Sequence record: NC_018087.3
DNA: 64,000 bases
Strand: one strand, 5' to 3'
Origin: Acinetobacter phage ZZ1
Of the stretch, positions 12,995 to 22,414 are shown in pieces (the first letter of the stretch is position 1; every line of letters begins with the position of its first letter). Made by a program: the position numbers and the translations under genes. The notes under the pieces were generated by a model that saw only the letters and a list, made by a program, of their open reading frames with translations, was not told where the DNA came from and did not search any database.

Positions 12995-14575
12995 ATGACT
13001 ACTAAACAAAAATCACAATCTGATCTTATGGTTGAAAACTGGACTCCACTTATTGAAGCTGAAGGCCTTCCAGAAATTTCAAAAGACAAATATAAAATTA
13101 TGGCCCGCATTTTCGAAAATCAAGAAAAAGATTTCGAAACTGGTATTGAATATCGTGACCCAGAAATTGCTAAAGCATTTAGTGGCTTCTTAGCTGAAGC
13201 TGAAGTTGGCGGTGACCATGGTTACGACGCAACAAATATTGCAGCTGGTCAAACTTCTGGTGCAGTGACGCAAATTGCTCCTGCTGTTATGGGTATGGTT
13301 CGTCGTTCACTTCCAAATTTAATCGCATTTGATATTGCTGGTGTTCAACCACTTGACAAACCTACTGGCCAATTCTTTGCAGTTCGTTCTGTTTATGGTG
13401 CTGACCCTCTTGCAGCTGGTGCTAAAGAAGCATTACACCCAATGTTCTCACCTGACACAATGCATTCTGGTCAAGGTGCGGCTGAAGCATTTGAAAACGT
13501 TAAAGCTGGTGATTCATTAGCAATTGGTGACATTAAACGTCATGACTTTGCAGATACTGGCCGTGTTTATATCCAAGCGGTTAAAGCTGTAACTGTTGAC
13601 GCTGGTGCAACTGATGCAGAAAAACTTGATATCGAAGTTAAAAAATTGATGGAAGCTGGTTCTGTTGCTGAAATCGGTGAAGGTATGGCTACTTCTGTTG
13701 CTGAACTTCAAGAAGGTTTCAATGGTTCAACAGGTAATCCTTGGAATGAAATGTCATTCCGTATTGACAAACAATCAGTTGAAGTTAAATCACGTCAATT
13801 AAAAGCACAATACACAATTGAACTTGCTCAAGACTTAAAAGCTGTTCATGGTATGGATGCTGATGCTGAATTAGCTGGTTTACTTGCTACTGAAATTATG
13901 CTTGAAATCAACCGTGAAATCGTTGACTGGATTAACTTCTCTGCTCAAATCGGTAAAACTGGTTGGACACAAGCTCCTGGTTCTAAAGCTGGTGTGTTTG
14001 ATTTCCAAGACCCAGTAGATGTTAAAGGCGCTCGTTGGGCTGGTGAAGCTTACAAAGCACTCTTAATCCAAATCGATAAAGAAGCTTCTGAAATTGCACG
14101 TCAAACAGGTCGTGGTATTGGTAACTTTATCATTGCATCTCGTAACGTTGTAATGGCTCTTGCTCAAGTTGATACTAATGTAACTCCAGCTGCTCAAGGT
14201 CTTGCAAAAGGTCTTAACTACGATACAACTAAAGCAACATTTGCTGGTGTATTAGGTGGCCGTTATAAAGTTTATATCGATCAATATGCTCGCCAAGACT
14301 ACTTCACAGTAGGTTTCAAAGGCGGTAGTGAAATGGATGCTGGTATCTACTACATGCCATATGTTCCATTAACACCATTACGCGGTGCTGATCCTAAGAA
14401 CTTCCAACCTGTGATGGGCTTCAAAACTCGTTATGCAGTTGGTGTGAACCCGTTCGCAAACTCTGCTGAACAAGCTCCTGCTGGTAATAAGCGTATTAGC
14501 AATGGTATGCCTACTATCGAAAATTCTGCAGGTAAAAATGCATACTTCCGTAAGGTATATGTTAAAGGAATTTAA
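12995..14575 (+). CDS. 23: major capsid protein gp23
   Basis: 526 aa against 521 in T4. Conserved position. Paralogous to the downstream gp24 (shared ..V.SR.LKA.YT.EL.QDL.A..G). Confidence 0.95.
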   Translation: MTTKQKSQSDLMVENWTPLIEAEGLPEISKDKYKIMARIFENQEKDFETGIEYRDPEIAKAFSGFLAEAEVGGDHGYDATNIAAGQTSGAVTQIAPAVMGMVRRSLPNLIAFDIAGVQPLDKPTGQFFAVRSVYGADPLAAGAKEALHPMFSPDTMHSGQGAAEAFENVKAGDSLAIGDIKRHDFADTGRVYIQAVKAVTVDAGATDAEKLDIEVKKLMEAGSVAEIGEGMATSVAELQEGFNGSTGNPWNEMSFRIDKQSVEVKSRQLKAQYTIELAQDLKAVHGMDADAELAGLLATEIMLEINREIVDWINFSAQIGKTGWTQAPGSKAGVFDFQDPVDVKGARWAGEAYKALLIQIDKEASEIARQTGRGIGNFIIASRNVVMALAQVDTNVTPAAQGLAKGLNYDTTKATFAGVLGGRYKVYIDQYARQDYFTVGFKGGSEMDAGIYYMPYVPLTPLRGADPKNFQPVMGFKTRYAVGVNPFANSAEQAPAGNKRISNGMPTIENSAGKNAYFRKVYVKGI

Positions 14576-14597
14576 TCGATACGATTAACCTGAAATT

Positions 14598-14627
14598 AAA
14601 AAGGAGCCATGCGGCTCCTTTTATTTT
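14598..14627 (+). terminator. rho-independent terminator after gene 23 (GGAGCC-ATGC-GGCTCC followed by T-rich run)
   Basis: Hairpin and T run seen directly. T4 also terminates after gene 23. Confidence 0.7.
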
Positions 14628-14668
14628 ATGTAATATCTAAATATGTTATATAACCTAGGAATAATAAA

Positions 14669-15940
14669 ATGAAACGTATTGACCAACTAATTACAGAGTC
14701 AACAAATACTCAAGCGGATAGTTTGGCTAGACCTGCATTATTATCATTAACACGTGCAACAACAAAATTAATTTATCAAGATTTAGTGGCTTCTCAGCCG
14801 ACAGATCAACCATTGGCAGCATTATACGGTATCAAATATCTAAACCCTAACAAAGAATTAACTTTTCTTACAGGGGCAACTTATGGTGGTCAATATGGCG
14901 TTGGTGATCGCGAATCTATGCCTATTTTATCAAATGCCAATAAAGATTCATTTAAAAAAGGTGATTTATTTATCTTTCAAAATGTAGTTTTTAAAGTTCT
15001 TAAAGATGCCCCATTTGATGGAACAACTGAAACCGAATTATTTGATATTGTATCAGAAGCTAATGCTGCCTCAACAGTTCGTATGGCACCAGAAGCTGCG
15101 GATGTTATGAAATTTGAAACTCATAATGCAGAAATTGCTGAAGCTGGATTTGTTGTAAACAAATGGCAAGCAGAAGTAAAAAGCCGCAAACTAAAGACAG
15201 AATTAACTGTTGAGCTTATCCAGGACATGGAAGCAAATGGATTTAATGCACCAGAAATGATTGAAGATATTCTTGCTACTCAAATGGCAGAAGAAGTTAA
15301 TAAAGATGTAATGCAATCATTAGTTACAGTTTCAAAACGATTTAAAGTTGCAGGCGTTTCGGATAAAGGTGTTTTAGACTTATCGACAGTAGGTAGTTCT
15401 GTTGAACAAGCTCGAAATTTATATCGTTATATCTGTGAAATGAATGCATCTATTCAACGTCAAACATCGTATTCTGCAACATATGTTGTTGCCACGTCTC
15501 GTGTTGCGGCTTTATTAGCTTCATCAGGTTGGATGAATCAACAAGATGACCAACCCGATGCAGCATATGGTACATTATTAAACGGATTACATGTATATTG
15601 TGACAATAATAGTCCAGTAGAATATGTTATTGTTGGTGTTAAAGATACTTATGGTTCTGACGAAATGATCGGTTCATTATTTTATGCACCTTATACCGAA
15701 GGTCTTAGTCCTGAAGCCGACCCGACAGACCATGTAGGGGCATATACTGTTATTAATGACGCATCATCATTACAACCAAAAATTGCATTATTATTACGAT
15801 ATGCACTTTGTGTAAATCCGTATACAATGGGATTAGATGATTCTGAAGCACGAGTTATTGACGCTTCAGATATGGATCAATTTGCAGGTCAAAGTGATAT
15901 GTCTGTATTACTTGGTGTTAAATTGCCAAAACTTGTGTAA
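14669..15940 (+). CDS. 24: head vertex protein gp24
   Basis: 423 aa against 427 in T4. Paralog of gp23, in the conserved position. Confidence 0.9.
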   Translation: MKRIDQLITESTNTQADSLARPALLSLTRATTKLIYQDLVASQPTDQPLAALYGIKYLNPNKELTFLTGATYGGQYGVGDRESMPILSNANKDSFKKGDLFIFQNVVFKVLKDAPFDGTTETELFDIVSEANAASTVRMAPEAADVMKFETHNAEIAEAGFVVNKWQAEVKSRKLKTELTVELIQDMEANGFNAPEMIEDILATQMAEEVNKDVMQSLVTVSKRFKVAGVSDKGVLDLSTVGSSVEQARNLYRYICEMNASIQRQTSYSATYVVATSRVAALLASSGWMNQQDDQPDAAYGTLLNGLHVYCDNNSPVEYVIVGVKDTYGSDEMIGSLFYAPYTEGLSPEADPTDHVGAYTVINDASSLQPKIALLLRYALCVNPYTMGLDDSEARVIDASDMDQFAGQSDMSVLLGVKLPKLV

Positions 15941-15945
15941 TAAAT

Positions 15946-15961
15946 CGGGGCTTTAGCCCCA
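15946..15961 (+). other. GC stem-loop (GGGGC-TTTA-GCCCC) after gene 24
   Basis: Hairpin seen directly, flanked by A5; not a canonical terminator on either strand. Confidence 0.35.
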
Positions 15962-15974
15962 AAAAGGAAATTAA

Positions 15975-16295
15975 ATGCGCTTTACTATAAATTTTACTAT
16001 TAAACCAGATTTCAAATTTAATGATTTAATTTTGAAATCTTTTAAAGATCGTGATTCTACTGAATCAATTAAAGAATATAAAGAGTTTTTACATTTAACA
16101 TATGGTTATGAAGAAGAAAATTTACATGAAACTTTTTTGGGAATGAATTGGTTTCCATATAAAGCTATATTAACACTTATAGAAAGTGCTGCCAAGGCAA
16201 CTGAGTATAAGGATATCACTGGATTAGTATTATATCCACGCGGGGTTAATGACAATGCTGGTTCTTTTAGAATCACTAGGTTTATTCCTATTTAA
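15975..16295 (+). CDS. hypothetical protein (106 aa)
   Basis: ORF in the slot T4 gives to rnlB/24.x; I recognise no similarity. Confidence 0.3.
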   Translation: MRFTINFTIKPDFKFNDLILKSFKDRDSTESIKEYKEFLHLTYGYEEENLHETFLGMNWFPYKAILTLIESAAKATEYKDITGLVLYPRGVNDNAGSFRITRFIPI

Positions 16296-16608
16296 TAGCG
16301 GAATGTTCAAAGCCGTGTATGAACGCGATGGTTGGGGTTCCGGTATTAATATATTATATGAGAATTTTGAAATTATAAAAGAAAAACCTTCTATAGAATT
16401 TTATCAAGAAATTATGTCGTTATTAATAGTAAAACCCAATATCCCTGATACATTTGAACGTATCCTACCGCCAATTGAACAACATGCTGAAAAATTTAAT
16501 AGTATTTTAAATTCTGTAAAATATGAGTTAAGGCAACAAGCAAAAAATCAAGAATCTATAAATGGTATTTCCATTCTTTTAAATGGGGGTATCAGAATTA
16601 ATTACTGA
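16249..16608 (+). CDS. hypothetical protein (119 aa), overlaps the previous ORF by 47 nt in another frame
   Basis: ORF only. Confidence 0.3.
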   Translation: MTMLVLLESLGLFLFNSGMFKAVYERDGWGSGINILYENFEIIKEKPSIEFYQEIMSLLIVKPNIPDTFERILPPIEQHAEKFNSILNSVKYELRQQAKNQESINGISILLNGGIRINY

Positions 16609-16720
16609 TGAAATTGTAGCATGGTTACAATTATCAGGGTTTAATACAGCAATAAAAGCACCAAGAGAAGCTTCTCTTGGTGACCAGTATTGGTCAATCA
16701 ATTTTTAAAACCTTTAAGGT

Positions 16721-16750
16721 CAAAAAAGCCGCTCAATTGAGCGGCTTTTT
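16721..16750. terminator. bidirectional terminator (A6, palindrome AGCCGCTCAATTGAGCGGCT, T5) between the convergent + ORFs and hoc
   Basis: Perfect palindrome flanked by A and T runs. Confidence 0.7.
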
Positions 16751-16751
16751 A

Positions 16752-17870
16752 TTAATAAATGATACCAACTTCAAATGCAGATCGATGAATAATTCGACCA
16801 TTACGAGATTCTTGAACATCAACTTCAGGGAAGTCTTCTAACATTTTTGCAAGAACCGCTAAATGGCAGTAATAGGGCGAATCCTCTTTTGTAGCGGATT
16901 TCCAATCTTTACCTTCTTTGGTTAATTTTTCGATGGCATCCATTACCCACCATCCAGTCCAAATATACGCAGAATTACGTTGTGGCAAAGGATGAACATA
17001 TACTAATGGGCATTCTTCAGGAACTTCAATTGTTTTAACTGAAATAGCCAATTCATTAGAAGTTACGGTAACAGAATCATAATCAGTAGCAGAAACAGCA
17101 ACAGTTAATTTTACAGTTTCAGTGCCAGCTTCCGTAGGTGTTTTTGTTAAAGTATTTCCCGTAGAATTATCAGACCATTTATACTCAACAGTTGCACCTT
17201 CTGGTATCCCATTCACTGCAGATGTTATTGTATATGATTCGCCTAATTTAATAACTGGCGTTTCAGTTGCAATAACAACCGTTGGAGACATAGTTTTATT
17301 TTTAATAGTAATTTGAACAGCATTTGATGTAGCTATGCCATCTTGATAGTTTGGTGCTTTAACGGTAACTTTACAAGTATATGATGTTTGGCTATTTTTA
17401 GCAGCTATAAGTGCAATACTTTTGGTTTTATTTGTGCTAGCACTACCCCAATCATAATCAATAGTAGCACCTTCTGGCGCCCCAGTAACTTCACATGTTA
17501 AAGTATATTGATCGCCAATTGTAACGAGTTCTTTATCCGTAGTAAGAAGAACTGTTAAATTCATAACGTTGTCTTCAACAGTTAAAGTAACAGTGTCTTC
17601 GGCTATTGAATCTTCAGTATCTTGAGCCTTTGTTGTTGCTATTACCTTAACAGAATATGTTCCTGCTTTTGCGGGCTTATACGTCATTGTTGATGCGGTT
17701 GAATCTTGTGCAGCACCATCTACAGTCCAAACATATGTTGTAATAGCATCAGGAATTTCTTCGGTACCACTGACTGTTGCAGTGAATAACTGCGATTTTC
17801 CTGTTGCAATTGATGCAGCGACTGGCGTAATTTTTACTGTTGTTGCCATTATTCTAGGCTCCGTTGTCAT
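16752..17870 (-). CDS. hoc: Hoc-like outer capsid decoration protein with tandem Ig-like repeats
   Basis: 372 aa against 376 in T4 Hoc. Opposite strand to genes 23/24, as in T4. Several ~90-aa beta-rich repeats with Ig-like Y.C/K.V patterns (TYSVKVIAT, YTCKVTVKA, VKLTVAVSA), followed by a distinct C-terminal domain. Confidence 0.55.
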   Translation of the reverse strand: MTTEPRIMATTVKITPVAASIATGKSQLFTATVSGTEEIPDAITTYVWTVDGAAQDSTASTMTYKPAKAGTYSVKVIATTKAQDTEDSIAEDTVTLTVEDNVMNLTVLLTTDKELVTIGDQYTLTCEVTGAPEGATIDYDWGSASTNKTKSIALIAAKNSQTSYTCKVTVKAPNYQDGIATSNAVQITIKNKTMSPTVVIATETPVIKLGESYTITSAVNGIPEGATVEYKWSDNSTGNTLTKTPTEAGTETVKLTVAVSATDYDSVTVTSNELAISVKTIEVPEECPLVYVHPLPQRNSAYIWTGWWVMDAIEKLTKEGKDWKSATKEDSPYYCHLAVLAKMLEDFPEVDVQESRNGRIIHRSAFEVGIIY

Positions 17871-17926
17871 TGTGAATGATTTTTCTAATGTTAGTTCTTG
17901 ATTGACGTAATCAGGATGAGATAATT

Positions 17927-18157
17927 TTATACACCTTTAATTGTGTGTTTACCAGGATGAGTAGCCGGTATAGCTAATTCATTTTCTTTAATAGATTCAA
18001 CAATATTATTATCCAAATACCATATAGGCTTATGGATAGTTAATTCATCGGAATTTTCTATTAAATCAAGTCCAGTTATATTATGTACAGCAGTTAATAA
18101 CTCACCCCAAGGCGATAACTTTATCATTAAGATATACTGGAACTTCCGGTATATCAT
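17927..18157 (-). CDS. hypothetical protein (76 aa)
   Basis: ORF only. Confidence 0.3.
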   Translation of the reverse strand: MIYRKFQYILMIKLSPWGELLTAVHNITGLDLIENSDELTIHKPIWYLDNNIVESIKENELAIPATHPGKHTIKGV

Positions 18158-18228
18158 GCACTATGATTTTACTAAATGCCATTATAACCTCTTATAATGT
18201 GAAATTGGGACCGAGAAGGTCCCATTTG

Positions 18229-18942
18229 TTATGATAACACAACAAAACTTGAATTTCGTGTTTCACGAATACGGACATAACCGTCGCGTTTAATATAATA
18301 AATTAAACTATATATTGTGTCATACCCATATGCATGAGGGAATGACGTTGGATTTGACATCCAATTTGGGTTTTGAACGATCCAATCATAAATCCAAAAC
18401 GGTAAAGTCACATACGAATGTTGACCATGACCAAGCATTAATAATGTTGGAGAAAAGTTTTTAGGTAATGAATCTAAAACACTTTTGCGTTCTTCAAGAG
18501 CATCAGTTAATTTTTCAGTAAAATCTTCAGGTAATGAAGATTGATCAAGAGATGTCATTTGGGGTTGATTAAAAGCTTCTGCTAAATCTTCATGTGTTAA
18601 ACCTTTATCTGGTTTAATCTCTGACTGGTTTTCAATAACTTTAATATCTTCAACAATTGGGGAATCAACTAAAAGTTCAGGTTCTTCTTTAAACTCGCCC
18701 TGTAATGTACCATCAACACTGGCTTGAATCATATCTGCAATTGATATACCTTCATTATCTTCAGGCATTGGCTCATTTGCTAGTTCTTCTAATTGAGCTT
18801 CAATATCAGCAACCATCTTATCAAAAGATTGGTTTTTCTTAACAGTAATATTAAAGGTTTTAGCATATTCAACTAAAGCTACTTTTGATGCTTTTAAATC
18901 TTCAATTTCACGCAATTCATTAATATAATTAACATCTATCAT
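18229..18942 (-). CDS. hypothetical acidic protein at the position of T4 inh (prohead protease inhibitor)
   Basis: 237 aa against 226 for T4 Inh, and the same strand and order (hoc then inh then uvsW). Sequence similarity is not verifiable from memory. Confidence 0.35.
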   Translation of the reverse strand: MIDVNYINELREIEDLKASKVALVEYAKTFNITVKKNQSFDKMVADIEAQLEELANEPMPEDNEGISIADMIQASVDGTLQGEFKEEPELLVDSPIVEDIKVIENQSEIKPDKGLTHEDLAEAFNQPQMTSLDQSSLPEDFTEKLTDALEERKSVLDSLPKNFSPTLLMLGHGQHSYVTLPFWIYDWIVQNPNWMSNPTSFPHAYGYDTIYSLIYYIKRDGYVRIRETRNSSFVVLS

Positions 18943-19011
18943 AAGATTTCCTCTATGAGTTTTATTTTATTTAGCTAAATACATTTATACTTTTATAATG
19001 AGCAATGTGCC

Positions 19012-20514
19012 ATGACTGATATTAAAATTGAATTTTACAATTATAGTCATGTGAGAATTATTGCTAAACAATCGATTTTTAGAGAGCTTCGCGATTATTT
19101 TTCATACTTCGCAGACGGATACCAATTTCATCCAAAATATGTATATGGTGATTGGGACGGAAAAATTAAGCTAATGGAACCAAATGGTTTATTGCCTTTT
19201 GGCCTCGTTAATCAAGTGGTAAAATTCTCACAAAATAATATGATGACTATCAGCATCCATCCGGATGTATCACATATAAATGATCTAGATAAAGAAGTAT
19301 TTATGAATTGGATAGATTCTAAAAAATATTTTTCTGGGCCGGATGAAATTTATCCACATTGGTATCAAATTGAAGCTGTTTACCAATCATTGGTTAATAA
19401 AAGACGTATTTTAAATTTACCTACTTCTGCTGGTAAATCACTTATTCAGGCATTATTGACAAAATATACTTTAGAACACTCCGATCGATCTGTATTAATT
19501 ATTGTACCTACGACCGCATTAGTAACTCAAATGAAAGATGATTTTGTAGATTATCGTTTATTTGAACCAGAAGAAATTGCAGAAGTGCGTTCAGGTTCAA
19601 AAATGAAACATCAACGAGTTGTTGTATCGACTTGGCAAAGTGCTGTTAAAAAACCTGCAGATTGGTTTAATCAATTTGGGATGCTATTACTTGATGAAAT
19701 GCATTTAGCAATTGGAACATCAATTTCTTCTATTATTAAAAAATTAGCATATTGCGAATATAAAATCGGCCTATCAGGTTCATTGCGTGATGGCAAAGCT
19801 AATTTAATGCAATATGTTGGTTTATTTGGAGAAATTTATTGCCCGGTTACTACTAAACAATTAATGGATACGGGACAAGTCTCACAACTTAAAATCAATG
19901 CGTTATTCTTAAAATATCCTGAACGGTTTTCAAATGCTATTGCTTCTTTAGATTATAAAGAGGAAATTAAAGTCATTACAAATTCGGCTAGACGCACACA
20001 GTGGGTGGCCGGCCTTTCTACAAAATTGGCAAGTAGAAATGAAAATGTATTTGTAATGTTTAAGCATGTTGAACATGGTAAACGAATTTATGATGAAATT
20101 AAATCATTAGGCTATGAACATGTTTATTATGTATCTGGTGAAATTTCAACAGAGCAAAGGACATTTTTTAAAAAATTAGCGGAAGAAAATGCAGGTGTAA
20201 TTATTGTTGCATCATATGGTGTATTTTCAACAGGAATTTCAGTTAAAAATTTGCATCATGTAATTTTTGCACATCCCGTAAAATCTAAAGTAATTGTTCT
20301 TCAAACTGTTGGACGGGTACTAAGAAAACACAAGTCTAAGTCTCTTGCACAGATTTGGGACTTGATCGATGATTCATCCATGACTGTTGAGAGTCATGGA
20401 ATGAAGAGACGTAAAAACGTCAACTATGCATTAAAACATGGCATTGAGAGAATTGAGAGATATGGTATCGAACAATTTGATTATGTCATGAAAAATGTGA
20501 ACTTTCTTGAATAA
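19012..20514 (+). CDS. uvsW: UvsW DNA/RNA helicase (SF2)
   Basis: Walker A motif LPTSAGKSL and DEMH box LLLDEMH. 500 aa against 502 in T4. Conserved position. Confidence 0.9.
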   Translation: MTDIKIEFYNYSHVRIIAKQSIFRELRDYFSYFADGYQFHPKYVYGDWDGKIKLMEPNGLLPFGLVNQVVKFSQNNMMTISIHPDVSHINDLDKEVFMNWIDSKKYFSGPDEIYPHWYQIEAVYQSLVNKRRILNLPTSAGKSLIQALLTKYTLEHSDRSVLIIVPTTALVTQMKDDFVDYRLFEPEEIAEVRSGSKMKHQRVVVSTWQSAVKKPADWFNQFGMLLLDEMHLAIGTSISSIIKKLAYCEYKIGLSGSLRDGKANLMQYVGLFGEIYCPVTTKQLMDTGQVSQLKINALFLKYPERFSNAIASLDYKEEIKVITNSARRTQWVAGLSTKLASRNENVFVMFKHVEHGKRIYDEIKSLGYEHVYYVSGEISTEQRTFFKKLAEENAGVIIVASYGVFSTGISVKNLHHVIFAHPVKSKVIVLQTVGRVLRKHKSKSLAQIWDLIDDSSMTVESHGMKRRKNVNYALKHGIERIERYGIEQFDYVMKNVNFLE

Positions 20515-20515
20515 C

Positions 20516-20542
20516 AAAAAGGAGCCGTTAGGCTCCTTTTTT
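20516..20542. terminator. bidirectional terminator (A5, GGAGCC-GTTA-GGCTCC, T6)
   Basis: Seen directly between convergent uvsW (+) and the minus-strand small-ORF block. Confidence 0.75.
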
Positions 20543-20861
20543 ATACATATTCCTTTTCATCAACATAAAATTCAATGTATTTTTCAACATCTTTAGAAGT
20601 TGCATATGCTATTACAACACCGTGCTTAAAGTCAAGTTCTTTGACTAAAAGACGTTCATGCCAAGGATCAACGGCCCAACCAAATGGAAATTTACGATAT
20701 GGACAAACAAAGTGAACATTACGTTCTTCAATTCCGTTAAACATTAAACCGGGTGAACCAACAAATTGAACAACCCAACGTTCAGACGTATTACGTACTG
20801 TTGGTACGTCACATGTTAATTTTGTAGTTTCTGCACGAAATGAATTAACTTTGTTTGTCAT
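20541..20861 (-). CDS. hypothetical protein (106 aa)
   Basis: ORF only. Confidence 0.4.
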   Translation of the reverse strand: MTNKVNSFRAETTKLTCDVPTVRNTSERWVVQFVGSPGLMFNGIEERNVHFVCPYRKFPFGWAVDPWHERLLVKELDFKHGVVIAYATSKDVEKYIEFYVDEKEYV

Positions 20862-20884
20862 ATCAATTTTCTCACTTTTAAAAT

Positions 20885-21175
20885 TTAGGAAAGTTGTTCA
20901 TCACATTCTTCGCAGACTGTCATTTCTGCAATTTGATTGTGAACACGTGTATCAGGAGAGCACCAACAATCACAGTTTTCACACAAGAATGTGTATGTTT
21001 CTAAGGTGTCATTGTAAATTACAGAGTCTCGTAAATCTGTATCAAGCCCTAACTCTGTCAAAACACGTTTATGTGTTCGACCAAAGTCATCACTACAACC
21101 TTCAAGTTCATCACGAATTTGTTCAAATTGTTCTTCAGTTGGTTGAATTAGATTTTCCATCATGTGCCTCATCAA
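20885..21175 (-). CDS. hypothetical Cys-rich, probably zinc-binding protein (96 aa)
   Basis: CENCDCWC ... VCEECDE cysteine clusters. Confidence 0.4.
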   Translation of the reverse strand: MMRHMMENLIQPTEEQFEQIRDELEGCSDDFGRTHKRVLTELGLDTDLRDSVIYNDTLETYTFLCENCDCWCSPDTRVHNQIAEMTVCEECDEQLS

Positions 21176-21362
21176 TAGCTTCTAATAAAGTGCTCAACTT
21201 ATTTGTGCTTAAAGTTGTATGGCCATTTAATGACGGATGACCTTCATATGTTACCATTTTAGATGTGCACCCACATGCGCATGGTGTAAGAAGAGTTAGA
21301 ATTTGATATCCGCGGTAAAACAATTCACCTGTCGGTGAAACTTTCATTGTAACTGTACGCAT
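21135..21362 (-). CDS. hypothetical protein (75 aa; contains CACGC)
   Basis: ORF overlapping the downstream gene by 41 nt. Confidence 0.3.
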   Translation of the reverse strand: MRTVTMKVSPTGELFYRGYQILTLLTPCACGCTSKMVTYEGHPSLNGHTTLSTNKLSTLLEAIDEAHDGKSNSTN

Positions 21363-21433
21363 TTTAACTCCGGTACATTTAGTCGATAGAAGAATAATAT
21401 CATCATTTAATTAAGATGTAAACCTTCAAATAT

Positions 21434-21462
21434 GAAAAAGCCACAATTAAGTGGCTTTCTTT
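21434..21462 (-). terminator. terminator hairpin (AGCCAC-AATTAA-GTGGCT) with T-rich flanks
   Basis: Seen directly. Confidence 0.5.
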
Positions 21463-21626
21463 TTAACATCTGTATTTTTACAGCATGGTACGAAATGTGA
21501 AATGTATACACCCTGATCATGACAAGGACAATCACAGTGTTTAAGTTCTTCTTGAATACGGGCATTGCGCTTTTTGAAAAATACAGGCGCAATTATTGAT
21601 AAGATTTGAACTACTGGAATAGCCAT
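21447..21626 (-). CDS. hypothetical small membrane/Cys-rich protein (59 aa, MAIPVVQILSIIAPVFF...HCDCPCHD...VPCCKN), below the ORF-track size cut-off
   Basis: Its stop lies inside the terminator hairpin at 21439..21456. Its ATG overlaps the stop of the upstream small ORF as TAATG. It is more plausible than the tracked 21407..21592 ORF, which reads through the terminator. Confidence 0.35.
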   Translation of the reverse strand: MAIPVVQILSIIAPVFFKKRNARIQEELKHCDCPCHDQGVYISHFVPCCKNTDVKKKAT

Positions 21627-21796
21627 TATAATAACAACTCCGTTTCAGCTAAAATATTATCTTGCTCGCTTTCAGAAAAAGGCATTTCAGTTACATGTTG
21701 ATAACAATGGCCAGGATGAACCGGACCATACTCGGTTTCAATTACTAATGCATCGTCAATTGGGGCCTTACACACGGCACAAATACGTTGCTCCAT
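21626..21796 (-). CDS. hypothetical zinc-ribbon-like protein (56 aa, MEQRICAVCKAP...HPGHCYQH)
   Basis: Hand-translated; CxxC ... HxxHC pattern; below the track cut-off. Confidence 0.35.
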   Translation of the reverse strand: MEQRICAVCKAPIDDALVIETEYGPVHPGHCYQHVTEMPFSESEQDNILAETELLL

Positions 21797-22018
21797 ATTA
21801 TTCTCCTAATTAAGCACCGATGGTGCTGTGGCTACGCCACAAAATATTATTTATAAAATTATTTCCTTTATATATTAGATAAATTAGATACGCTTCTATA
21901 TTCTATCCCCTAGATATATCCCAATGGCGCAGCCCGCATTATACAAGTATGTTATCATAAAATAAAAGAAAAGCAAATTAATGCTATATAAATAGCATTC
22001 TGACTGATCGGAAATTGA

Positions 22019-22414
22019 TCAACGTCCAGCGCCAGATAATTGTAATTTCAATTGTTCTAGTGTATCAGGATTATCTAGGATACTGAATAAGACTGTTACG
22101 ATAATCGCATTGGCATCATATTGTGCTTGCACATCAACTGAAAGTCTAACAACCCTTGGTTCATATCGTCTAATTGCCGATGTAATACTTTTTTCAATAG
22201 TATTGGCTGTTAAAGGTGTCATATTTTCAAATAAGCTATCACCAATATCACATCCGAATTCTGGATCAAATGGTTTCGATCCTTTAGGTGTAGTAATAAT
22301 TCCAACTAAAGAATTTTTAACCGCTCGGGCCCCGACTGAAGATGACATGTCTCTATTCCATGCCATCTTCATATCGGGTGATATGTCTTTATACATATCA
22401 TTAATATTTTGCAT
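22019..22414 (-). CDS. 25: baseplate wedge subunit gp25
   Basis: Strong match to T4 gp25 (MKM.WN.D.S.S.G.R..KNSL.GIITT.KGS.PFDPEFGCD..D.LFENMTPLTA.T.E..I.SA.R.YEPR, DNPD..EQ.KLQL). 131 aa against 132 in T4. Confidence 0.95.
   Translation of the reverse strand: MQNINDMYKDISPDMKMAWNRDMSSSVGARAVKNSLVGIITTPKGSKPFDPEFGCDIGDSLFENMTPLTANTIEKSITSAIRRYEPRVVRLSVDVQAQYDANAIIVTVLFSILDNPDTLEQLKLQLSGAGR

Noticed and set aside
20851-21240. Plus-strand 129-aa ORF and other plus ORFs (10284..10478, 13329..13520, 35142..35360, 36058..36273, 37363..37560, 38088..38405, 39800..40063, 40958..41173, 43497..43757, 45131..45322, 50508..50753, 51536..51742, 51882..52313, 52918..53118) overlapping conserved genes on the other strand
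   Set aside because: Each is antisense or alt-frame to a well-supported gene, has no recognisable features, and is of a length typical of chance ORFs.
21407-21592. Tracked 61-aa ORF on the minus strand
   Set aside because: It reads straight through a strong terminator hairpin and has a low-complexity hydrophobic sequence. A 59-aa ORF in another frame stops precisely in the hairpin and is coupled by TAATG to the upstream gene, which is a better gene model.
21987-21994. Exact TATAAATA on the plus strand just downstream of gene 25 (pointing antisense into gene 25); also the tracked antisense ORF 22110..22430
   Set aside because: At this AT content the 8-mer is expected about 15 times by chance on two strands in 64 kb. 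No plus-strand gene follows. I do not call it a promoter without transcript evidence.
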